DNA of 64,000 nucleotides. It comes from Balanoglossus misakiensis. Lineage: Eukaryota > Animalia > Hemichordata. The notes below the pieces were generated by a model, which worked only from the letters and a program-made list of their open reading frames with translations, was not told where the DNA came from and did not search any database. Each line of letters starts with the position of its first letter. The stretch's first letter is position 1. The position numbers and the translations under genes were made by a program. Below are positions 26,810 to 40,222 of the stretch, one piece after another. Where the stretch lies: NCBI GenBank assembly GCA_040954595.2, contig CM082577.2:10069846-10133845 (forward strand), given 5' to 3'.

Positions 26810-29800
26810 TGTACTTGGAAAATTCTGCGACACGGTTTTGATAGGAAATTCAGCATGATTGTGTGAAAGTTTGGTGGACTTATCATCCGTTTCTGAGTAA
26901 CGTTACCCTATTTGGAAGACAAGGAACGTGTTCAAGCGACAAAATGTGGACATGCTATTAAAACAGGGCGTTGCCACACACTGTTAAGTCAAATTTTCAA
27001 AGGTAAGGTTTGAGGTTTCAGCGTCTTTTTTCATTGTTGGCGAGTTGCCAGCTCAAATGATCACGAATAAAGGAATATAATGTTTTTGTGTGAAAATAGC
27101 ATTTTATTTTATAATTTTGAATAAACATCCATGAAAAGGTATCTATGAGTGTACGAATGAGCCGGGCGTTGTTTGTCTCTTTTGTAAACTGTGTAGCATT
27201 CTCGTAGAATCGCCCGACGATTCTGACAGAATCGCCGGCGATTCTCTCAAAACCACCGGATTGTACGTGAAAGTAAATACCGTGCAGAAGAATACTTTGA
27301 CGCCGGGACTACAGTATGCATCGCAGAATAAAGGGAAATAGCAATGGAAGCTGGGTTAAGAATAGTATGCGTTATTTATTACAATTGAATAATTCGTACG
27401 TTTCTGTCGTACGTGTTCAACATAAAAGAAATCGCTTCTTAAAATAGCCCTACAATGGGCGTTTTGCTTGTCTACATTGAAGACATCTCGGTTGGTAATG
27501 CTGCGTCGACATCATATTTTTTTATTATCCACGGTGGAGCCGCGATCACGTCACCGTGATTGAACTTGAACGATCGCATTGCTGTCCAGTGAACCATGTA
27601 GCCTTGCAGTTGGAAAAAAAAACGCATAGCCTTGCAATTGAAAAAGAAAAACAAAACTACACGGCCTTGTACCGACCGTCGACCGTTGAAATTTTTGCAG
27701 CCTATTTACTTGCACATGTATTTCTGTGCATGTCACGAGATCGCTGACGGCGATAAAAAACTGAGTTACAAAATTAATTGAAAGTTGAGTACAGTATAAT
27801 CCACGGTATTTACGTAACAATCTAATAGTTGGCTCATGTCTGCGCCGTGGACTCGAGGAACCCTGCGCACGCCATCGATGAACGTAAACAGACGTCGCGT
27901 CTGTTGAACGTATCAACCGCAGCTGCTGGTATGATGCAAACGCGATTTGCGGTCAAAAGTGCCGAAACTTTCTCACGTGGAGTATGCGGCTTAAAAGCTA
28001 TCGTACCAGGATTACGTTGAGGATCTGATTGTAAAATATGTATGTATGGTCCTCGGGACATACCGCGAGAAGATAGTGCCGGACGTTGGCACAAGGAGGG
28101 ACCGGGTACTCCGCACGGCCGCGCCTTTGAACGCCACATTTTTCGCAGTCAAAATGTGGTGCAACATTTTAATCATTTTCTTATAGTTTCCCCGATTTTT
28201 CTCCCTAATTCTAGACTAAGTGGGCATAATTTCCCATTGACTGCAGGTTTTGACCAAAATGTGATTTTAAAACATATGCTAAAAGTCGTGTCATTAATTA
28301 TGTGAATTATGGCGGCAAGTTGCCAATGGCGTTGAAATGTGTTAATTGGTGCCATGTTGGAAGCGGGTCCCACTTGGTCGTCAGCGCGCAATTTGCATCT
28401 GTCGCTGGCGCCCGATCATCTTTTTTTGACCTAAATTTGTGTCAGCTATTCCAGGAAACGGGTAAGATCCATATACTAGGAAAGAGTAACGCGAGACCTC
28501 TCCTTATATGTTCAGCAGCTCGTGACTTCCACCCATTACCAATACATCCAATATGAATTGAGCAGAATGTTTTGAGGTTACCTGCTTGATTCCTGGTGAA
28601 AATGATGCAGCCTAAGCTCCCTGTGGAGTGTATACAGCACCCCTGGCTGTATTCAGTGTGGTGGGTATCCTGCATAAATACTGTATTTTCGGGCTACCTA
28701 CAATACAGTGCGTGTGTCCAAGTCCTGATCTTATTATTGAACATATACCACCTGACAGGCGCGGCGTCGGTATTTAAGCAATTACATCATAAATCTATTT
28801 TTTTATAAATTATATTTAAGTACATTTGTAAAAACATCATGATGTCGACGTTCTTTCACCGACAGTGTAAACTATCAAGTAAAATTCGCAGGTAATATCC
28901 ATTATCATCGTTTGTCGCACTGGGTTTTCTTTCAGGCTTACCTTATTTTCCGCGCGATCACGCCGGCGAAGATTCTCTGCTGGTTTGCTTGCGTATAGTC
29001 GTCGACAACAAAACCGCGCGTCAAACGCGTATGAAAAGCAAAGGATGACCGAGCATTCATAACATCCCCCCTACCGGTGAGTATGTTGTCATCGGTTGTC
29101 CTGGAAACACGAAACCATTGAAGCGAATTTCTCCCCGTCGAGTGATTCGGTTTCTATACAGGCGAGTCCACCGCGTTGTGTGTCGGTTTGTTGCTCGCTG
29201 AGGGAGCCGTTGCCGCGTGGCATTCAAAGCTCGCGGGTGAATGCACTCCAGCGATACCCCCCTCTGGTGTTCACGATGTGCCCCCGAGAAGGATCGAGAG
29301 GTCCGTTCCCGCGCGCCCTGCTCTCGAAGTTTTTAGATTACGTGAAAATACACACGATCGGTGCGATTTTGGTGTTTTGGTTAAGCGGGCCCCGTATTCG
29401 CCGACACACACGCGTGATTTCTCAATAATCGTACAGAGAACAGTAAAGGAGACAATTGAATACAGTGTGTCGGTAATTCTTGTGTTGGGTTACGGTTATT
29501 TTGAGACGAAACACAGGCGGCGTCACCGATGATGACGTTCGAAACAGTACGTGCTCATAATGCCTCAAAATACCGCCACATGCGCGCTTTACAGTTCCGG
29601 TGTTAACAATTGAGACTGTTTTGTGTGCGAGTGTACGCGGCGCCTCTGGCGTCTCGCTTTGTCGTGTAGGTGAACTTATGGCTGTACCAAAGTTTTAAAC
29701 AAAATCGCGATATCTGATAATGTCTTACATTGGGAGTTGAATTTAAAGTTGCTTGCAGCAAACGTTCGAATAATCCGGGGGCATTTTTGTTATCTTTTAA

Positions 29801-30926
29801 CTTTCACCTACACATCGCACGGTCCACTTATCACGATATGTTACGAATGTCACGTGTTATAAATACCTGTAGAGTCCTGGCTTCTCAGAAGTCGGTGCGC
29901 GGGTGTGGGTGAGGGGATGGGGGTGTTTGCACTATGATTGTCCGTGAACAGGTCATGTTGCTTACTGCGCCAGTGGCCAGCGATAATGATAAAGAAATTG
30001 GCTTTGAACGCAGGTGGTGTGTGTAGTTCAAATGGTGTATACAAATCCGATGGGACATGTACAGTGATAAACGCCAAAAGGAGATGAGTGTTTCGTTCAT
30101 TAATAACGCGGACCGTCCCTCGAAGGGGTTGAAAGGAGGTTTAAATGTTTGTGCATGGCAGACCCATTTCAACTGGCTTTGCCGTCTAACACACAAACCA
30201 AGGCAGAGCCTCAAACTACTAAACTGCAGCTAACTTGACGTACACACTCACCTCTCTAGCTCACGATTTTGATCTCAGTAACGACCAGAGTAACGATCGC
30301 GACCAGGGACGATTCCAAATGATGGTGTCGACTCTTGCTGTAGCCTTATAAAAACTATAGCAGGGTTCACAAAAATATAATACCCGATTGCACGGAAGAT
30401 CAACTCGGATTCCGATAACAGCTGTGTCGTGACACCCCTTTCCATTATTGCTGCGAACCAGAAGGCGAGTGGTATTTGAGCTTCTATACAAACAAACAGC
30501 TGTTGTGATATACATGTATAACATGTTTATCTTCCTGCGTGAGTTCAGTTTTCCATATTAGCTTACGCCATCTGTTACACACAAAATTCAGTACACCGGG
30601 GATAATTTGTTTTTGGAAAGTTTTCCGGTTAATTGCGTTTTGTACCAATCAAGCACACAGTGACGCGTTGGGTAGACGCATTTCTGATCAGGATTTGACC
30701 TCAGAAACGACCAGGCGAGTGGGTTGCAGTATGTTTGATGACGCCATCAACAATTATGTGCCGTTTCCCTTTATATTTTATTTCATAAAGCTCAACAAAG
30801 TTGTATGTAACAGGTGGTTATTTTACTCTTGACGGAATGGGTTGCAACAGAAATGTGGGTACGTGCAGGATGTGAAAATTCACCACTAATGGAGTAACTA
30901 CATTCCGAAGAATGATGAATTCACCA

Positions 30927-30927
<1 letters not shown>

Positions 30928-30957
<30 letters not shown>

Positions 30958-31261
30958 CATACATACATACATACATACATACATACATACATACATACAT
31001 ACATACATACATACATACATACATACATACATACATACATACATACATACATACATACATACATACATACATACATACATACATACATACATACATACAT
31101 ACATACATACATACATACATGTACATACATACATACATACATACATACATACATACATACATACATACATACATACATACATACATACATACATACATAC
31201 ATACATACATACATACATACATACATACATACATACATACATACATACATACATACATACA
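30928..31261. repeat. (TACA)n microsatellite, about 330 bp
   Basis: Near-perfect array with one GT interruption at about 31121. Confidence 0.98.
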
Positions 31262-32416
31262 GTTTACATGGTTTATGATAATTATGATTTAGTATATCAT
31301 TTTGCAAATTGGACAATACTAGTAAGAACTTGTATCGAAAAATAAAAGAATAAAGGACCAAAGTTGATGAACCTTGAGACAGATATTGAGCGCACAGCTC
31401 TGTACAGAATATCAGAAAGTTAACATTAATAAGATAACGATCAAAGAAAGATGATCACACAAAGTCCGCCAAATTGTTTAATGCAAGTTTCTCTATAATG
31501 GGCTTGTCTTGACGTGTATTGTAAATCATGTGAGGCATCTCTGAGAGTAGTTTGCTCGCAGTGAAAGGAACGATCAGAAACGTCACTGAACTGAATGGCT
31601 GTTATTTTCGCCAGAGCGACCTCGTGATGCTGAAAGCAACGCTGCAACCTGTCTCTGGGAAATCATTGAACACAATGCACTGTAAAACGGTGCGTGACAA
31701 AATCCCCTGTGTGGCAACAGTCGCTGAAGGCGATATAAGTATCTTCTTCAGAATCAAAGTCGACGAATCCGCCTTCGGATAGGCGCCGTAATTGGAGATT
31801 TTTATCAGGTTACTCCCTGTCGCTCTGCTGGAGAAATTGAATGGTACACGATGGCGCGCACGTACAATTTAGCAGACTACATGCTGGTGCATCATAGGCC
31901 GCTTTTCTAGACCACAAAGTGCCCGGATATGCGATTTTCCTCTTTTCCCGTCACCTGCTATGAAATGCCACCCGCGGGGAGATTTTTTCTTGAGCTCAGA
32001 CGACCTTGACGTTGGGAATGCAAAATTTCAAGGAATAGCGCACCGGGGTGTCAAAATTATACTGCGGTTCTTCTATACAGAGTCAAGTTGAAAAGTACGA
32101 TGTTTTCCATGCGGGTTCTGAAATACTTTCCGCTTAAAATAATAATGTTAATCACGTTCCGTGACGATATCTGTAGAGCGGTGTTTATCTTTCTCCCTAT
32201 CTGAATTAAATTTTTGCCTGACCTGGGTTTTTTTCACGCAACTGCCTACCATGGTCTGAGTTGCTTGGCGTCCACGTTGCAGTCAGTTGCTTGTTGCGTG
32301 GACAGTTTATATGGACATGCAAAATATTAAAGAATTCTAAGTGAGCATTCCCGATTGAGGAGTCAAAACCAACTAGAATCGGCATGACACACCCTGAGTT
32401 AGATTGAATCCTATGC

Positions 32417-32494
32417 ATGAATGAATGGATGGATGGATGGATGGATGGATGGATGGATGGAACGATGGATGGATGGACAACGGACGGACGGACG
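32417..32494. repeat. Compound (ATGA)/(GGAT)/(CGGA) microsatellite
   Basis: atgaatgaatggatggatgg...cggacggacgg. Confidence 0.9.
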
Positions 32495-35400
32495 GGCTGC
32501 TGGTCGGGCCTTTGGTTGTCTGGGGGGACATAACATGTGGAGGGGGAAGAACTGATTTAAAGTGTCCGTGGCTCTTGTAAAAGTGAGTGAAAGTGTTTTA
32601 ATCACCTTGATTAGGACTTATGCAGGACTGAAGTGAACATTCGTAGTAATGGAATTAAAGAAGGCTGTTCTAATCTTCCTGTACCATTTCTCAAAGCGCT
32701 TGAGAAATTGATAAAAGTGACGTCATTACTGACATCCACGGAACTACGCAAATGTCACTTGCTTTATAATTACTGACGAATCGAATTAGTTATTTTACAT
32801 GTACAACTATTGGGGAATGTACGGAAATCAAGGTTTCATATCTTTATGAAAGGAAAGAGCGTTGTACATTCCAAATGTTTCTGGACTATAAACGTCGGCG
32901 TGTTGGTTTTTTTTGTCGCGTTTGTCACGCAAAATACATTTCCGGTTGGTGAAATATTACAGAAGAATGATGTGTTAAAATTGAGTCGCTCGATCGATTC
33001 ACTCATACCAATCCATCCATCCATCCATCCGAATGGAGCCTCGTACAAAATTGCTTCCACGGTATTTTGTGAAATAGGGAAGATGCATATAACTGGGAAA
33101 AGATATTTGCGTGCTGTAGTGAAAGAAAAGAGGAACGTCACACTTCACAGAGAAAGCGAGGTGTAATTGTTACTGCGGGGATTAGCGAGGAATGACGATG
33201 AATCCAGCGGCAGCGGAGCCTGACTAATTACCGACGGCGAGACAACCCGAGGGGACGTCGAAACGTGACGGCCGTTCGCCGTCCCGCACGAACCGGACAC
33301 AAAGAGAGACAGAGCCGCGATCGCGCGCATCCGTTTTAAAAAGAGTCGGAAAGATTATCCACGCTCTAGCAACGGTGAGTACCCAACTTCCGCACCGAAG
33401 ACGTTGAGATTGTCTGCGATGTCCGCCGACAGTCTCTCCGACACACACACACACGAGCGCTATTTTTGTGTGCCTGTGTTGTGTGGAATTCCTTTTTTGG
33501 TCGGATGAACATTAAGGATGTGCGACAATGTGAATTGTATACGCGCGGCCGTGCGGCAAACCACGGGTTCCGCGACACGTTAGGGAACTTTCGGTAACAC
33601 CGCACCGAGAAAGGTCGATGGGGATCGTGGAGGAATCTGGGGATCATATTTTACAAGCTTGTTCCTGATGGAGGGTCGCACTTAAAAAAAATGTCATATG
33701 GTATAGGGAAGCTGTTTAGACGAGGGAATTTGTGTTTTATTAATTTATCACCCATGGCCCCGAAATGCACCACTTCGCCTGTATCCAGAGTGTTTGGGAA
33801 TCTGTGAGATTTCTTTTCGGTGCTCTTGAGTTGCATTTCGGGCGTGCAACAAAAGAAAAAAAGTGAAAAACTTTATATTTTACTTTTTTCAGGAAACCTG
33901 ACAACATTTAAACTTTAATACCTTTTCAAACGACCTATTTTTTGTTGTATCGACCGAGAAAGTTTATGCAACTTGAACGACTTTCCCTTGCACTAGCTAC
34001 TACGACGAGCTGGGGGGAGAAAATCTCCCCCGGCCTCAGTCATGGCATTATGCGATGAATGCGGTACGTCTGGTGACTTGTGACTGCCTCCGGGAGGATA
34101 ATCCAATAAACAAGAGAGACTGCAGATGTTGTGCCTGTTTGCGTGAAATGCTCCCGGAAAAATTATGCAGATTTGTCCAGGCATGGGATTTCATCAAACG
34201 CGCCCACGAAACGCGTCCATCATGTGCACGACACATCGCGCACAGGGTCGATCGATCTCGCAAACAAAGTCGGTGGCCAGACTTAATAATCTCGCTTTGG
34301 TAGACGTCCATGCTATTTTTATATCGGCATAAATATGGATTACTAGTAAGGTTGCTTATGAGGTTCCCGTTAGCCTGGAACGGCTTGGTTTAAAATTCCC
34401 CCCCAAAAATGATTTTGTATGTTCTCAATGCAAAAGCCGTTTCTCATAATTTTTCAAACTTTCTCAGCAAGTAAACACACTAATGACGTACGTGTAATTG
34501 CAGAACGACAGCGCGTCTACAGAAAATAATGTTTTGATGTGCGATCTGATCACGGTGTCGTGCCGCGGGAAATGGCGATGCACGTATAGTGCAAGCAGAG
34601 GTCAATATAATACAAAAGTTTATGTGATGATCTCTGTACAGTGTACTCCGAAGACTAAATTAAAGACTCACGTATACGCTCGAACGTTCATTGAGATTGC
34701 TCTGTGCTCGCTTCCCGACAGTGTGATGTCATAACAAGAGAAAATACGTGACATGTGGCAGGTTTGCATTTCATACTGACTAGTCTATCATTATGTATGT
34801 TTATGAACAGTAATTTGTTCAGTGCTAATACTAGGCCCTGGAAGCTTAGCTGCGAGCCTAACCACGTCTTTCCATCAGAGAGGCTTGTTCAGACTACCGA
34901 TACTTATCATTCTAGATTTTCCCTCAAAAACAAGATGATATAACGCCTCTTTATCATTAGAACGGATGTACATACGGTCACTGAAATTGACTTGAATATA
35001 CAGTGGAAAGGACGGTTCTGCTCATGGCCACGGGGTGGCGCATCTTTTTAACATGACCCTCAAGAGAAAATGCGTGATTGGTTAGATATACCCATCCTTG
35101 GAATGGATGTGCCTATAGATTTATAAAAGTGCGCTGTATACACAGTACTTTTATACAGTGGTGGTACAGCGGGTTTCGCGGACCGACCTGGCGTGATTCG
35201 AATTCGTCGTGCTGCAGGAAGTTGAAGAACAGGAACTGCTTTTGATTCACAGAACAAATAACGCAGAGAAAAAAATAGGCACACGTTAAAGCTCATGGGG
35301 CTTGAATAAACTAGACAGATGTGCGTCATGTTCATGTTTGTATAATCTTTCCCGACGGGGGATGTCCTACGATCTCAAAATGTTACTTTAAAATTAATGA

Positions 35401-38400
35401 ATGTGAATGAATCACACACACCCCGGTATTATCCCCATTATTCCTCCGTTGAATGAAAGTTTTAATATCCATGTTCTATTTTGGCAAATATTCTCCTTTA
35501 CAGAAAAAAGCACATGATAACATCCGGTGGTGATGGTGTATCGGTATGGAAAATTAGGATATTGTATTAGTCCTTATCACGCCGCACATAACCGTAATTC
35601 TTTTCCAAATCATGAATATTTCATTCATGCAAGGAAATATTTCGGCCATCAGAAATATTTTTAGTTAGGCTCTTTATTCAATTCAACCGCACGGTAAAGG
35701 TAAGACTTTTTGCATGTCAGAGAATGTGTGCATGCTTTGGAATGGTACAGACCATGTTGGCATGTAACTTGGGATGATACGATATGAAAACTGAAGGATA
35801 AAAAGTTAGAGAGTAGAGAGAGTTTCTTTTGTGGGATATGTTTGCTTAATAAAACGCAAATTAAAATTTGCGCTACTCGGTCACAAGGGGATAGCCTGCT
35901 GGTGTAAGTTTAGGAAAAACGTTTTTGCTTTTTTTCAAATGAGGTTAGCGCGCACGTCACACCGCGCACGTTGACAGGAAGGGTAGCATGTTTACACTTT
36001 TTGCCGTGACAACTCGACGTGACACCGCGCGTGAGTGCCCTGGGCGTGATACCGCGCGCAGTTGCTTTGACGTGTGCTTTCAGTTGTCAGTTTTGCAGTT
36101 TAATGTTGAAAAATACCAAAAAAAATCTTTGGAATTTCCGCCAACGCAACAGCTGAAAACATCCCGCACACAACGCGTGCAACGGGCGCAATGCGTATAA
36201 ATGCAAAGAGCTTTGTCTGCGACATCACGAGTGCTTAATAGTTAGTCTTACATGCGCCACTTAGGGAATATTACAAGCATTTTCACCGGATTAACTGGCG
36301 GCATAAAATATGTGTGGGCCTACACTATTTCACAGGTCATCTCGAGGTGGAAGTACCACGGGACTCGGAGACGTAAGCCGAGGGGATTGCAAGTTCAACA
36401 ACAAGTTATTAACTGAAGGGAATAATAGTAAACACACGAATCTTTCACCCACGCTCTTTCCCCCCGTCGATTCTCGTTCGGGCAATATGCACAGTGAATA
36501 TACCCTCCTGGCTATTGTAAGAAAACGTGCACACTGCCGTTTCAGATTAGAATGGTGGACTGTGAGGGCCACAGAAGATAGCAATGATTACAAAAGTTGT
36601 GTTTCATAGGGGAAGGTCTCCCCTTGAAAAGTGCCTTTGAAAAATGATGTGTCAAAAACGCAGGCCACCCGAATGTAAGAATGTGCCTTTTCCATTTGTA
36701 CTGTATTTCATGTATAGCCTCGTTTGTGCGCATGAGCTCCCCAGGAACCCCCTTTAGCGCAACTTATTTCAAAGCTGGCGAAAAGAAAGAAAAGTAGATG
36801 CTTGTCAATGTCTTTTCACAACTGACTTTTATTTACTTACTAATTTATTTATTCATTTTCAACAACAGTTGATTTAAATGTGTTTCTCTCAGTGCGCGAC
36901 ACTGTCCGATTGTTCACCCAACTCCTTTTTGTTTCTTTTTTAGGTTTCCAAAGGTATATGCTGATACATGCGTTCTTCCAAAGTGGTAATGGAAAAGTCG
37001 AATCAGTGTGTGACCATTAAACATGGATTTTCAACTCCGCCGTGCACGAAAGTTATTGTTTCAAAGGGACTGGGTTATCGACGATGATTCGTGTGCTCTC
37101 AAACCACACGTCGACTTTTTTTTTCTTACAAATAACCGCGTGGGGTAGCCTGAATCGACCCGTCGTTACTTCTACTCCGTCAGCCGAAAGTAATAACGTC
37201 TATTCAACGGATCGAGCCCAGTGCCCCCAACGCTGTGCTGGGGTGACGCAAAAACGAGCCGACGAAAGGGCGAGGGGCCGGGGAAACAGCGCGAGAATCC
37301 GCGCTCAATGGGACGCCCGCTCGCAGTCGTCTCAGTATTACGCGGGGCATTGGTGTTTGCGCAAACTTTGAGAAATTGAAAAACGCCCCTGTTGATACGT
37401 GGCGCTCTTTGATATTAAAAAAAAAAAGAAATCCCTCGGGGTATTTTTGGCGCGCTTTTCTGAGGTTTACCAAAGCCTTGCTTCGCTGTCTGCAGATATT
37501 GTATTTAAATCTATAAGTACGACTTCGCCGTTTCCTGCGTCTGAACATTCATATCTCTGTCCGTTAAAGTTCAAAATACCACGGTTACTGTAAGTCGTGA
37601 AAATCAACAATACTAATATCACAGCTTGACAGGGAAGAGTCTAGCAATCTGCCTGCAGGCTTACTAACTGAGCTACAAAACACTTCTTTCCCGTCATCAA
37701 CGAAAATTGAATTCCGGGAGGCGTCCCAGCATTAGGGTACAGTTTGGCCGCAAATAACACCCGTCCGTGATTATTTTTTTAAATACCGCTTTTAGTTCGA
37801 TACGTCGAGAAGGATCTCCGTTGCAGCAATCCGGAATACGCGGTACCTACAGCTGCAGAACAATGACGGATGCGATACTAGCGATCTTTCTTCCAATGAA
37901 AGCCGGGTATCCGCCGTTGCAATCTGATTAAATTCTGATGTAGGGTACGGCACGTCTTTTACTTACGAGGACAGGTACGGTATTCTTGTGCTGTCGCTTC
38001 ATATACAGATTGCCGTCGGATGCAGTCAAGCATTTCGGAAAATAGGCTGACGTTTTTGTTTTCTCTTGAAAAATGAACGATTCTGTCCTTCCGTTTATCA
38101 AACACGTATCGCGTTTCTTTCGAGACATGCTTTTTCCATTTTTATAAGAGCTCTTTATATTGTTATACAATCATCTCTAATTTACATATACCCATATGTG
38201 TATTGCTACAATGGCTACGTCTCTTAAAGCCTTCGGCGGAACGAGCCTGCGGGGGCGAACTTTTTCTCGCGGCCACCTGGCCTTGAAAATCCGTCATTGG
38301 CTATAGATCTCAACTTGTCATGTTAACACGCCAAAGCTTAGTTGAATGATTTCGTCAGCTTTGCGTTCGTTGCTCGGGTGTCTTCGAAGTTTCAAATTCG

Positions 38401-39011
38401 CTTGAGGGCGTGGTTCAACATGTCAAATATGAAAAAGTAATCGCTACTTATCAATTTCGAATAATAAAGCATGATATTATCGTCACAATAATTGTGTATT
38501 CAGTTGGGATCAGTCAGCTGATATTAATGGTTTTATCGTCAGTCACATATTTTTGACATCATGTACGCTCAAAAGCAGGATTTAACTATAACAGCTTCAA
38601 TGGGAAAAGTTCAAGCAAAGGTTAATTCCCTCGGGTGTAATTTCTTATCTGCAGGACAACCACTTCGTCCATCAAAACAACGTCAAAAGCCCCCCGAATT
38701 CTGTCGTATCGACGTAGAATCGAATTTCGCTTGTCCGTCATTAGCCACAGTCCAATTGAATTAATCCAATGGCTTTAAGGTATAAAGCCGATAAGAACGC
38801 ATGGACATTTCATTTCCACGAAGAGAGCTTTGCACGCTACGACAGGGAAGTGTTGAGAATACGATAAACCACTCGAATACTTAGTATATGAACTGTCCAG
38901 CAAACCCTACCCCTCCCTGCAGCCAGCGATGAAAATCTGACGTCAAGTAGACGTACATGTACATGTATAAAGCTGCCTCCGTTTTTTTGCATCTCGCCTA
39001 GCTTTAAAGTA

Positions 39012-39060
39012 TTAAAGGGACAAAATCTCTCTCTCGCTGCCCTTTTTCCATTCATTATGA
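39012..39060. mobile_element. Truncated end of the TTAA palindromic MITE family seen at 42270-42625
   Basis: ttaaagggacaaaatctctctctcgctgccctttttccatt matches the left end of the 42.3 kb element. Confidence 0.65.
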
Positions 39061-39940
39061 AAAATAAGAATGATTTACATGTACAATGTAGTTGAGACTG
39101 CATAGAATAACACGCCACCAACGTCAGCCCTGCAGTTGACCTTTGTGTACGTGACATTCATACGAATTAAGTTTGCTGTTTCGGATTGTATTCCCGCAGC
39201 TTAGAATGGCCGCCTACGCAGACTTATCGTCTGAAACTTGGCGTGTGAGTCAGCTAAGCCGGGGGAGAGGAAAACGACACGGTGCAACTCCTAAACGGTT
39301 GAGGGCGCACTGATGGCAATGCGCAACCTGTAAAGAGCGAACAGTGGGCTGTGAGAGAGCCTACCCCAAACCTATACATCGCGATTATGAGCATCAGGAT
39401 ATAGGTAGCATGCGCATCGGGGACAGATTTTCAAAAAAAATGGTTGTCCGCCAAACCTTTGAACTGAATGGGATCGTTTCTTCAGTATACGCCTGGTTGA
39501 CTTTTAGTAACATGACTATCACTTCAAAAACCGTGCCAGAAATGATCGTCATTTGTGTATATTAACGCCACGGTTGAACGAAATATACAATGGCTGTGTG
39601 TAACTAATAAGTGTGTATGTTGTTGATATTTTCAAGTTTATCCTGAAATTAAATTCGGCGCATAAGCTTGTATACAGTCATGCTAAGAACTGACAATGCC
39701 ATGACTTTCGTTTTGATGTGATGGGCTCAGAAAACTACAGTACAGTCTACCATAGTCTTGGGTATGGACTTCCTTGCCTGTTTCAGCGTGTGTTCTGCGG
39801 TAAAAATAAACACTTACGTAGACACTTTGGACTCATGAATTTTCTAGGGGCCCACTGTGTCAACAATTGCTGTTAAATATTGAGTTGTTTAAAAATAGTT
39901 GACATTGATGTGTTTCTAGGCTGTGGTAGTGTGTGAGACT

Positions 39941-39960
39941 GACATACATACAGACAGACT

Positions 39961-39999
<39 letters not shown>
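39941..39999. repeat. (CAGA)n microsatellite
   Basis: gacagacagacaga... Confidence 0.9.
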
Positions 40000-40212
40000 T
40001 TGTGGCCTTGTGAAAAAAGATACCGGTAACAAGTTCATGTTCAGGCATTTTTGAAATTCAACACTAAGCCGGTGGCGCCTGATTGATCGCATTGTTCTGT
40101 ATAACTGCTCTTTCGTTTTTGGAATAGTGGTTACTGTACATTAAAAATAACTGATGATGTCATTTTTCGGTATTTCTGTTCTCCGAACCGTCTCCATTTT
40201 TTTCTATTCTTC

Positions 40213-40222
40213 GGGGAATCCC
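40213..40222 (+). promoter_or_regulatory. NF-kB-like site GGGGAATCCC
   Basis: Matches GGGRNWYYCC, about 2.8 kb upstream of the helicase gene ATG; motif match only. Confidence 0.3.

Noticed and set aside
30818-31361. MYVC/HTYI-repeat ORFs
   Set aside because: Translations of the (TACA)n microsatellite
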